From positions 51,600-115,599 of the forward strand of contig MFLT01000001.1 in assembly GCA_001781415.1 (NCBI GenBank): 64,000 nt of DNA, read 5' to 3'. The notes beneath the pieces were generated by a model. The model saw only the letters and a program-made list of their open reading frames with translations, made no database searches and had not been told where the DNA came from. Of the stretch, positions 57,801 to 64,000 are shown in pieces; positions within the stretch are counted from its first letter, which is position 1; each line of letters begins with the position of its first letter. This DNA comes from Candidatus Kaiserbacteria bacterium RIFCSPLOWO2_01_FULL_45_25. Lineage in GTDB: Bacteria > Patescibacteriota > Minisyncoccia > Phycocordibacterales > UBA918. Both the position numbers and the translations under genes were made by a program.

Positions 57801-60800
57801 AATTTGACCTACGAGAGTCAGTCAGGAGATCTATTGGCTGTCGCCTGCAATGGAACTGAGGCGGTATATAGTGTTTGGAACGGTACTAGTTGGTCTGCAA
57901 CCAGTACTCTTTCACTAACTAACGCTAATAACTGCGAATTTGTGCAAATGGCATCAGACCCAACCTCTGACGAAATTATAGTTGTCTTTAGGCATGCTGT
58001 TACTAGTGCTAATGACTTTGAAGCCTTTGTTTGGAATGGTAGTTCATTTGGTAACGCTACTCAATTTGGTGAGTTGGTGCAGTCTGCTCATGAGGGTATG
58101 GCAGTGGCTTATGAAGAGTCGGGTGGACAAGCGATTGTGGCAGTTTCAAACGATGCCAATACTACACTGCTCTACAATATCTGGAACGGCACTAGTTGGT
58201 CTGGTACAGCTACCCATGCTCTAGGTGATCACTTTGAGTGGGCAACTCTGAAAGCTGATGTTGGTACTGATAGATTGGCTTTCTGTTACCTAGATAACGA
58301 TACTGATGTGGGAGTACTAATTTGGGATGGTTCCGCTTGGAATACTGTCACTGAACTAGATATTGACGGCAATGACATTCGTGGCCGGGCTATTGATTGT
58401 GAGTGGCAGGTCGGCACTAATGATGGGGAATTGGTCGTTGCGTATTCAGATACAATCGGTACTCGCTATCAGACCTACAACGGTACAACTTTTTCTGGTG
58501 AATTTAGCTTATCAATTATAAATGACACCTTCGAGATTAATACGGTACGAGCTGGAGACGGACTTATCCATCTCTCTGCCTACGATGATGCCCTAACTCC
58601 AGACCGCATCGATCATAGTCGCTGGGATGGAGCTGCTTGGTCAACCCGCGAGCGGTTCTCAGACAACGCGTCTCTAAATAATGTACTTCCGTACGTCGGT
58701 GGCGTTAGTATGGCGCCGCAGATTTATCCAAACTTTGTGAGTGGTTCAATTCGCTCTACCCCAATTGCTTTTGCAGATGGTACTGGTCCGCGTTGGGACA
58801 CAGTTTCTTGGAGCGACACTACCCCTGGCGCTAGTGAGATTTTGTATCGTTTGTACTATGAAAGTGCACCAGGAGTGTATAGTCTAATTCCTGATATTGA
58901 TTTACCTGGTAACAGTGCTGGTTTTGTAACTTCACCACTAGATATTTCTGATGTAAGTCGCACTACCTACAGTGTGCTACAGCTTGATGCACAGTTTGCT
59001 TGTGTGACAGGCGATTGTCCAACTCTTCAGGATTGGTCTGTGGCGTGGTCTGAAGGAATTACCATGTCTGGAACAGCTAAAGAATTTGATGGTATTGCTT
59101 CCACTACTAGTGGCACAGTTGGTGTAGCGGTAAATGGCGTGATTCAATCTGGTAAGACTGGTGCCATTCAAGCCAATGGTACTTGGTCAATTGCTAATGT
59201 GACGGCCTTCCCTGGCGATACCTTGGTGGCCTTTGTCGACGGTGCCGCCGACGCTGATGAGGCTGTTGGTATCGCTACCTATGATGGAGTTGGAAACGTG
59301 ACTGGGGTGGAACTTACTAAGCGTCACGTGACGATTGGTTACAGTAGTGTGTCTACTACCACTATTGCCGGCTTTGCTGGTTACGATAACGCCGACGACG
59401 AAGATATCTTCTTTACAGTTGGAGCTGGTAATGCTTTTGCCTTATGTGCTGAAGTGGCTTGTGCTGATGGACAGCTAAAAATTAAAACTGGAACTACTTT
59501 TATACCTGGAGCCACTTTAACTACTCACGACTTCTTGAACCAAGGTTCTTTTGAGCCGGCCACAAACACTGTGCGGGTCAGTGGCGGTTGGGATAATCAA
59601 GGAACATTCGTCTCTGATACTTCAACTGTTATTTTCTCAGCTACATCAACAGCGGAATCTATCACCACTTCAAGTAGTACCCTTGGCTTCTATAATGTCA
59701 CCTTTGGTGAGGGAAGTGGCACTGCAACTTGGACTGTGGCTAAGCCACTCTCGACCACCAATAACTTGGCAGTCACTTTTGGTACGCTAGCGCGTGGTAC
59801 GTCAACTATTGCCATTGGTGGCAATCTACAAGTTGGTGCCACTGCTTACTTTACTGGACTGGCTACTACCACCTTTAATGGTAGTGGTAGTCATACTTGG
59901 TCTGATGCTAAGTCAGCAACCACAAGTAGCAACGTTGGGTACGTAGTAATTGATGGTACTACTAAGACAATCACACTGGCTGGTAACGTGGGTGCGCAGT
60001 CAATCACAATCGGTGCTGATGATACGCTTAATGCGTCGGGTTCTGGCTTTAATATCAATGTGGTTAGTTCTTGGATAAATAATAACGCTTTTATTCCACA
60101 AAGTGGCACCGTTACTTTTGTGGGTACCACAACTGGCGTAATTGCTCGCGGTACTTCGTCCTTCAATAACCTTGCCTTTACTGGAGTGGGTGGTAACTGG
60201 TCATTCTCAACATCAACCTTGGCTCTTAATGGTAACCTAACTATTGCTACTGGTACTGTGACCTTCCCAACTGGAACTACCACTATTGCTGGTTCATTTA
60301 GCAACACTGGCGGTACCTTCTTGCACAATAATGGTGAAGTTCGAATGACTAGCACCGCTGGTGGTCGGACCATTACCCAAAGCGGTACGCCATTCCTAAA
60401 TGCTTTCTATGATTTGGTATTTACTGGCAGTGGAGCGTGGAGTTATTCTGAGGCATCTGCTACTACTACCCGTAACTTCCGTATTCAATCTGGAACAGTA
60501 ACGCTTCCAAGCAGTACCTTAACTGTGGGTGGTGATTATTCAGTAACTGGTACTGGTGCCTTTATTCATAACAATGGTGAGGTAATTCTGATTGTACAAA
60601 ATACTAATTTTGTTCGAGGTAATGGCTCAAACTTCAACAACTTGCGCACTACCGGCTCAGGCTCAGAGGGTTGGTATGATGACTCATTTAGCTACCGGAT
60701 TCCTATAACAGTTATGGCTTCGTCAGCAGCTGCGACATTGACTGATTATCCAATGTATATAGATTTATCGACTTTAGGAAATCAATTTTTCCAAAATGTT

Positions 60801-63800
60801 GGTGCGGCCGGAAAAGATATTCGCGTCACCAGTGCTGATGGTGTGACTGAACTTCCTGTGGAAGTAATAAATGTGAGTACGAGTACCCAAACCGGAGAAT
60901 TATATTTCAAAGCTCCTACCTTATCATCAATAACCGACTCAACCTTCTATATTTATTATGGAAACCAAAGTGCGATAGCGTATGCGGAGAATGCTACCTA
61001 CGGTGCACAAAACGTGTGGAGTAATGGCTATGCTGCGGTCTACCACTTAAACGGACTGCTAGATAGTACTGCAAATAATCGGGATTTGGTGGCAGTAGGG
61101 ACACCAACTTTGTTTGGTAATTCAGCCTATGAATTAGATGGAAACACGGATTTCTTGCGAATGCCAAATAATTTCGGATTGTTTTCTGGAGCAGTTGATT
61201 TTACGACCGAAATTAGTTTTGATGCTGATGCGGTCGCACCATCTACTGATTATTCAACAAGTCCGGTACTCATGATGTTTGGTGATGAAAACAATGCAAT
61301 GCTTACCTTTGGTGACGGGTTGCCTGGAAATACACTTGGCTTCAGGTACCAAGGCTGGGTTACGCCGGTAAGTATTCCAAACATTCAAATTGATACTCCG
61401 TATCAGGTAGGGTTGACGTATGATCAAGGTGGAAGCGGACTAGCTATGTACTTGAATGGAACATCTGTGTCTACCGCCGCTGGTAATATCACTGTTGCTG
61501 CAGGTACATTTGACAGTATTATCGGAGGAACCAATACAGCTGATGCGAACCGCGCCTTTGATGGAGTTGTCAGTAATGTACGAATTTCTTCAGTTGCTCG
61601 TTCTGCAGCTTGGCTACGACTATCAAATATAAATATAGTTAGTCCTACCAGTGTGTACGCAACCAGCAGTCAACAAGGAATAACACTGAGGACATTTGCA
61701 GATACGAACGTAACGGTGTTAGGTAATTTGGTTCATGATCTCGGTGGTGATGTAGTGTATCCAACTGGAGTTCTTAGTGTCCAGGGGTCATTTGATAACA
61801 ATGCTACCTTTGCAGCTAATAATGGTACCGTAAGATTCAATTCAACATCTGGTGCTGAAACAATTGATGCTGGTGATTCTTCATTTGCCACCCTTACCTT
61901 TGATAGCGCAACGGGTGACTTTACGGTAACTGAAAATGCTACTGCGACGGTAGCAATTAATCTCACTAGTGCAGAGCAGTTTACTCTAGCTAGTGGACGA
62001 ACTTTGACTTCACAAGGAACATTTACTCATGCGGCAGACGGTGCCAATACCACCTGGACTGGTTCAACCCTTCGTCTGTTAAGCGGTACAACCGTAACTT
62101 TGAATGCCAAAACTCACGCTGGAGATGTGTATGGCACATTGGAGTCAGCCAGTAGCACCTTGGCAAAAATGTGGAATTCAAGTGCTACCACTTACATCAC
62201 AAGTGGAGCCACTGGAGCAATTTACTCACAAGACCACGCCGGGGTGGACGGTGATTTGAATATTTATGGTAACTACACTCGTAGCAGTGGCACAGAGTAT
62301 TGGAGTTATGCCACCGACTTCGATGGTACTTCATTAACTGGCACAGAGCGACAAGTTGATGTACGGGTGGCTTCAAGTTCTGTATTGAACATCCAAGCCT
62401 CAACACTGTCAGTGGTGGGAGGATCTAGTGCCACCACGACAGTAGATGCAGTGGCTGGTGCTTTTGCGATTACTGCCACAAGTTCAACTTTTAATAGTTC
62501 TTACGCTTCATTTGCTGGTACTGGTGTAAGTGGACTGTCTCTAACCGGCTCAACTACCATCGGCACCTTTGCCAGTACGGACTTTAATGTTGTGCCTGGT
62601 CGTTCTGGTATCACTATTGATGCTTCAACTATTAATACCAATCCAGCTGACCAATTCTTTAATGTTAACTTTGCTACTACTTCAGCTGGACTTGGAACAA
62701 ACGTCACTCTCACTGGTTCACCAGCTTCATACGTATGGTTTAGAAACGGAATCGGTAATCTATATGGAGAAGCGTATGATGCTGGTGACGGTAACCCAGG
62801 CTCAATTCGCTTTGATGATTCATCATACTTAATCACGGTGTCAGGAGTGGTCTATAGTGATGCTGGAACCTCTGTAATGGGAGCACCAACTTGTGATGGT
62901 GTAACACCAAACGTTCGAATTGTGATTGATGGTGGTACTTACACTGACGCGGTGTCATGTAATGCCAGTACCGGTGCATATACATTTAACAACGTTGCCT
63001 ACATCGGTGACCCATCAGTCGTTGTGTATCTAAATACCAATGGTGGCGCTCGCGGTGCGGTGGTGTCAAAGACTCCAACGGCTAATATCACTAACTTTGA
63101 TATTTACGCTAATAGAGTCATTGTTCGTCACGAAGACATATTGTCAATCACCATCGCTGACATGATTGATTATGATGGTAGTGACGACACTGATATCCCA
63201 TTTGTGGCTGCTGTTGGCAGTCCAGATACGTTGACCCTAAACGACAATACTGAACTATATGTATTTACTGGTAAGACCTTCACTCCAACTGGTAACCTAA
63301 CTCTGCTTGGAAATGGCAATGCCAATAGTTATGAAGGAACTTTGCAAATTGGTGCCAGTGCTTCATTTGTAGCAACTAGTACAGAGACTCATACTCTGGC
63401 CGGAAGGTTGGTGCTAGCTAGTACTACTTCATCATTTACAGCGGCGTCCTCTACCTTTGTCTTTAACGCCACTACTACTGGTAAGAGTATTACTGGTACC
63501 AACCCAATCACCTTCAATGAAATTCAATTTACTGGCGTGGGTGGTGGTTGGAACATTACTGCACCACTCATCGTGCAGGCTGATATGCAGGTAAATGCCG
63601 GTACTGTAACTGGTACAAGTGATGTCACTCTACAAAATGGTTCACTTTACGGAAACGGTACACTTTCATTTGGGTCTGGTACTACCACTATTGCCCGCAC
63701 TAACACCTTTGGTGGTACAACCGCTTGGACACTAAATAATCTAGTTCTTGGAAATGGAACAGTAGTTGGTACCACCACACCAGCCACCACTGCTACTACA

Positions 63801-64000
63801 ACTATCCTTGGTCGGTTAACTATTGCGAACGCTCACTTCTTAGATGCTGGAGCAACAGTATGGGACTTGGCTGGTACGGGAACGGTGTTTACTGAAACTG
63901 GAACTTTCCTCGAGGATACTAGTACCATTCGCTACAGTGGAGCTGGTGCCAATGTACTTTCAACCAACTACTACAATCTTCTAGTGTCTGCTGGGGTTGG
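48819..64000 (+). CDS. Giant cell-surface protein, 5' partial within the window (at least 5060 aa, no stop before the window end): N-terminal TM anchor, acidic Pro/Glu-rich linker, repeated Ig/FN3-like modules, two beta-propeller-like W-x-G repeat blocks, two DUF2341 + LamG (concanavalin-like) modules
   Basis: In-frame reading from ATG 48819 reaches position 64000 without a stop; every plus-strand ORF in the track over 48.8-64 kb lies in another frame; hallmark DUF2341 (NFPVYLNL..DIRITRADGVTEVPFE..FFVYYGNGSA) and LamG (..IVDEATLSSVARSASWLSTTYNN) signatures occur at about 55.0-56.0 kb and again at 60.7-61.6 kb. Confidence 0.75.
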   Translation, partial: MYLKAFFTKTTLWSVAAFCLLVGVFVYATIDRTVYVTEQLVVIPDTVVSDTWLGVENILVSDISGESLYQEFTLSNAAVLDEGLMNANPPAETSADNLPTAEVGAPTEGENNNGAADDSPVVEGDAEVEPAQTDAGIQTDENATVPTDGTTEEVAPVPTVDEVETAPEPETVSEPEPEPVDEPEPAPAPEPAAEPEVSANSNSIYWGLLPLSTNSYRLTQETITEEVTPAPVAEEAEPVAEPEPVVDEPAAEEPVVEEVPTETAPEPVVEGEATVEVETEPVVEEEQLLDTTEESSNEEGSETGVEGDEVLTEEEINNVEEGETEEEFEEEIVTTIYDVCVGNEECKLYSTTFTGFSVPEFEEGKFLASAQLRLSLAAKTKSSYTEGPQRFVVEYSYEATGEWRTATIIDIEEEIANSINGDYFLVSLDKPLNQAQLANLQVRVSYQGDISDLDRAYIESLWLEVTSASFYEETDPQYLSGAIDYSRDLLSPELHELNNPDLDPAMSELPSFTLSYSPQQNFIKRALTAVFSENEYAVDSVRIIDALGDVITVPVDVEYYDDKTWTVQFLEQPQKMVPGKYTVELVINENETLYTDSFEFYWGVLAVNTTKSMYFPGEDVTLNLAALTEKGDTICDAALLLKVIDPSYTISEIPVEQSGACGKNNVTDIPDYLAYFNDADELGEYTIQLQHLNREGEVVHSIQDHFEVREYIPYDIERTAPTRIYPLAPYDVTLKVEANRVFTGDIVERVPRGFTFINTSGAEVVTLPEYTELIWRNISLEEGDDIELSYQFDAPDISPYMYLLGPLNMDGFTELRQWQIASDALTAMGVFTGTRSVASTNLNQAASPLQWSGSDIDPFYFDHSTSTNSHEVTFRQAGDYYLAVNVPQVRTDGNSSRTRVGVEVRVNGVPVPQGLGRSSYIRNTSGHAESSAYANILLTDIQVDDIVEVYVEGLTTVDAGDIVNVSGQASLSLEYVGVGAGVFAATTTQTTNSTNLNQITAYPLEWTETRQDTGFVHSDAINPEQIIISDPGIYHVTINVPLTNNIAQTNVRGEVLLDGVLVPGGVFAQGYAQNSGTESDGDSSIHWTGVIETTAVNQVLSVTAEREARAGTVTVTSGFFGSIFVRELPVDDVLVLRGTNLVGGTNWNPAAAAAVQWVTEDFMDATVFTHSTTSNSHQITVNEDGDYYLSYNDVLNGAVFRSNSRVEVLKNGTPISGAQTKSHYIRNQNGHTESSGALAIVLQGLLNGDVITVTTQQEAAAGTVNDTSDAIIMMWKKATLDLRPDAPVTTTPFDNIRFASSTPHFDFSATDPDGTSDIEYEFSIATSTGFTASTTFNSVTDSEFFNTSSSTDTSPFTEGNTIRLQLTSGDVLSDQTTYYWRVRAKDTTGSGEFSDWSTTKSLTVDMAAPADSWFQSYSGQFEGDSLVGASSNNDQVQVDASVSSEVLIAYGEGTNTTPRYRFWNGSSWGLEGGAQTVSGTINWVRTAASVTRDEYALITLDSASDSFVQIYSASTSAWGNQVLMSPAVTGPQYRGIAVGYESTSGDLMAISCTNSPNPVYRIWNGTTWSATSTITVSSLNNCNFLELASDPASDEMILVVRDTGTQYEALVWDGSAWVESRVIGSSAKVAREGMSVAYEASGDQAVVIVSNGTANSFAYTTWNGVEFSTNDTQTLGNDFEFGRLAADTDSDNLALCYIDEDNDVGAIRWNGGVWSATTELDTGGNIDTGRPVDCEFETTAGRSEYLMAAYSDTVNVRHRSGTSTVYSTEATIGTMEDSFWVQTERAGDGIVLAVALDDTVDNLNSSYWNGTSWAAQDTLETSPSSVIASPYEMYDMSAKRFQFAEGVVQTPPINFTDVPNQPTWGDINFSTTEPFGTDVLVRVKYSNVGTCDAYVPDLALPGNSTGFDAANSPIDLVSVSTTTYDQICLEATLTTLGDSSASLDEWTLAWVRQPKLIQNRYRWYVNGSFLTPTDPWPAGVDDTAENTSINSSIAINNSEAIRLRMSLQGSNVELPAFAEAFKLQYAEGFTCSNALTWHDVGDTASTTALWRGFENSIVGDDWYSASWGKRVKVIIDSALVSDSQTNFPVYLNLADFPAAFFDNVQADGDDIRITRADGVTEVPFELVTIDTSADTGELHFKADVSSTTDTSFFVYYGNGSASGYSNTATYGRNNVWTNGFLAVYHLDQSPTASAPQFIDSTGNNTGTAVNLEAGDRLTGVVGRAIDVDGADEYIDTNINQNVLRSTWSLWINPDGAQGAYDGVMMSRGTLTHGININSGANRLGYHWRDASNTWSWNGGPIYPTNQWFMASLVIEPSLATLYAHTGGGVTSATNAVTHATATVDALDIGRDPLGGRSFNGIVDEATLSSVARSASWLSTTYNNKSNPTGFYSVSSEELISDGRLLPSVVLSESDVSETYEEENPTRDNQNTLPVGDDAEWDFVLENNGATPATNYCFRLVYEDGALLNTYQNYPRLITNAPPLVPTLIAPFDNERLASTTPSFEFSADDELEDEVAYEIQVSTDYAFGSTVINNNSVASFALFTNLIQPSEKGQFTSADTIQFISPTALSSGTTYWWRVRAQDPDGSGSYSEWSTPESFTVTTGTTITTWYQTTGEQFATNNLLDAIANSGDTGIDSGFTAATTTSTVIDYDDRDTGNAWGDFSFTHNVTSGSIRYRVEYRVSGETFELVPDVDLAGNSTGFTTSPVSLAALNTTTYNELRLVAVLSGNATLPRLQDWTVTWSETIESPTHVDPFDNAKVSTTTPALKFFTSDPENEDLQYEVQLSSTYDFASPSTFTSGVEAGFSNTEDALDTSPFTTDEQIQYLVQTPLTNGNTYWWRTRARDPLGANSWSDYSTPESFTVDTSITTSVWYQTTGEQFETDELVDIETTAGAAQITSTITEVISVYGEGTGQSPQYRLWNGTSWSAPFSAQSVGAQIRWLELKASPARPEYALGTLGTDLDVNFQIYNSETDTWGDVEELQTNSVATDKRTFNLTYESQSGDLLAVACNGTEAVYSVWNGTSWSATSTLSLTNANNCEFVQMASDPTSDEIIVVFRHAVTSANDFEAFVWNGSSFGNATQFGELVQSAHEGMAVAYEESGGQAIVAVSNDANTTLLYNIWNGTSWSGTATHALGDHFEWATLKADVGTDRLAFCYLDNDTDVGVLIWDGSAWNTVTELDIDGNDIRGRAIDCEWQVGTNDGELVVAYSDTIGTRYQTYNGTTFSGEFSLSIINDTFEINTVRAGDGLIHLSAYDDALTPDRIDHSRWDGAAWSTRERFSDNASLNNVLPYVGGVSMAPQIYPNFVSGSIRSTPIAFADGTGPRWDTVSWSDTTPGASEILYRLYYESAPGVYSLIPDIDLPGNSAGFVTSPLDISDVSRTTYSVLQLDAQFACVTGDCPTLQDWSVAWSEGITMSGTAKEFDGIASTTSGTVGVAVNGVIQSGKTGAIQANGTWSIANVTAFPGDTLVAFVDGAADADEAVGIATYDGVGNVTGVELTKRHVTIGYSSVSTTTIAGFAGYDNADDEDIFFTVGAGNAFALCAEVACADGQLKIKTGTTFIPGATLTTHDFLNQGSFEPATNTVRVSGGWDNQGTFVSDTSTVIFSATSTAESITTSSSTLGFYNVTFGEGSGTATWTVAKPLSTTNNLAVTFGTLARGTSTIAIGGNLQVGATAYFTGLATTTFNGSGSHTWSDAKSATTSSNVGYVVIDGTTKTITLAGNVGAQSITIGADDTLNASGSGFNINVVSSWINNNAFIPQSGTVTFVGTTTGVIARGTSSFNNLAFTGVGGNWSFSTSTLALNGNLTIATGTVTFPTGTTTIAGSFSNTGGTFLHNNGEVRMTSTAGGRTITQSGTPFLNAFYDLVFTGSGAWSYSEASATTTRNFRIQSGTVTLPSSTLTVGGDYSVTGTGAFIHNNGEVILIVQNTNFVRGNGSNFNNLRTTGSGSEGWYDDSFSYRIPITVMASSAAATLTDYPMYIDLSTLGNQFFQNVGAAGKDIRVTSADGVTELPVEVINVSTSTQTGELYFKAPTLSSITDSTFYIYYGNQSAIAYAENATYGAQNVWSNGYAAVYHLNGLLDSTANNRDLVAVGTPTLFGNSAYELDGNTDFLRMPNNFGLFSGAVDFTTEISFDADAVAPSTDYSTSPVLMMFGDENNAMLTFGDGLPGNTLGFRYQGWVTPVSIPNIQIDTPYQVGLTYDQGGSGLAMYLNGTSVSTAAGNITVAAGTFDSIIGGTNTADANRAFDGVVSNVRISSVARSAAWLRLSNINIVSPTSVYATSSQQGITLRTFADTNVTVLGNLVHDLGGDVVYPTGVLSVQGSFDNNATFAANNGTVRFNSTSGAETIDAGDSSFATLTFDSATGDFTVTENATATVAINLTSAEQFTLASGRTLTSQGTFTHAADGANTTWTGSTLRLLSGTTVTLNAKTHAGDVYGTLESASSTLAKMWNSSATTYITSGATGAIYSQDHAGVDGDLNIYGNYTRSSGTEYWSYATDFDGTSLTGTERQVDVRVASSSVLNIQASTLSVVGGSSATTTVDAVAGAFAITATSSTFNSSYASFAGTGVSGLSLTGSTTIGTFASTDFNVVPGRSGITIDASTINTNPADQFFNVNFATTSAGLGTNVTLTGSPASYVWFRNGIGNLYGEAYDAGDGNPGSIRFDDSSYLITVSGVVYSDAGTSVMGAPTCDGVTPNVRIVIDGGTYTDAVSCNASTGAYTFNNVAYIGDPSVVVYLNTNGGARGAVVSKTPTANITNFDIYANRVIVRHEDILSITIADMIDYDGSDDTDIPFVAAVGSPDTLTLNDNTELYVFTGKTFTPTGNLTLLGNGNANSYEGTLQIGASASFVATSTETHTLAGRLVLASTTSSFTAASSTFVFNATTTGKSITGTNPITFNEIQFTGVGGGWNITAPLIVQADMQVNAGTVTGTSDVTLQNGSLYGNGTLSFGSGTTTIARTNTFGGTTAWTLNNLVLGNGTVVGTTTPATTATTTILGRLTIANAHFLDAGATVWDLAGTGTVFTETGTFLEDTSTIRYSGAGANVLSTNYYNLLVSAGV

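Noticed and set aside
59891-60373. 160-aa minus-strand ORF and the many 60-120 aa ORFs between 49 and 63 kb (both strands, off-frame)
   Set aside because: All are in frames other than the single uninterrupted plus-strand frame of the giant gene; Leu/Val/Pro-rich low-complexity translations typical of off-frame artefacts.
1-64000. Mobile-element hallmarks (transposase, integrase, inverted terminal repeats) around the GC-rich segment, the umuDC region and surface-protein clusters
   Set aside because: No ORF resembles a recombinase or transposase, and no flanking direct repeat of the tRNA-Ser 3' end was found; the mobility explanation remains inference only.

Overview
This is a roughly 42% GC bacterial chromosomal window. 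It is densely coded, uses the standard genetic code (no in-frame TGA problems), and contains no rRNA, CRISPR array, transposase or integrase that I could see. Housekeeping genes are recognisable: HAD phosphatase, MFS transporter, RNase J, OppA-like binding protein, SecG, GroES/GroEL, LemA plus DUF2207, HtpX, tRNA-Ser(GGA), TypA/BipA, an RsuA/RluB-type pseudouridine synthase, an ECF sigma factor, an MsbA-like ABC exporter and Hsp20. Several accessory stretches are interleaved with them. The first is a GC-elevated (about 50 to 62%) 3.6-kb insertion directly 3' of tRNA-Ser, carrying a PNAG-like GT2 synthase/deacetylase pair and two high-GC secreted proteins. The second is a surface-protein and sortase cluster with a split umuD ... 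umuC pair. The third is a dockerin protein and a membrane-anchored cohesin protein flanking Hsp20. The fourth is a giant ORF in one frame with no stop from 48819 to the window end (15.2 kb, at least 5060 aa); it lacks a stop in the window and so is absent from the ORF track. It encodes an N-terminally anchored surface protein with an acidic Pro/Glu linker, beta-propeller-like W-x-G repeats and two DUF2341+LamG modules. At the non-coding level I see two diverged copies of a roughly 130-nt element with compensatory stem changes (candidate structured RNA), twin 22-bp palindromes at the window start, a 40-bp palindrome over the MFS start codon, a repeated 41-bp motif upstream of two TGTGATATAAT promoters, and a TTTAAATGGA motif recurring right after three terminators. 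The sortase, cohesin/dockerin, giant adhesin-like proteins, small-genome feel and few regulators suggest a monoderm, possibly Patescibacteria/CPR-like or Firmicutes-like, host-associated organism. The taxonomy is inference only.
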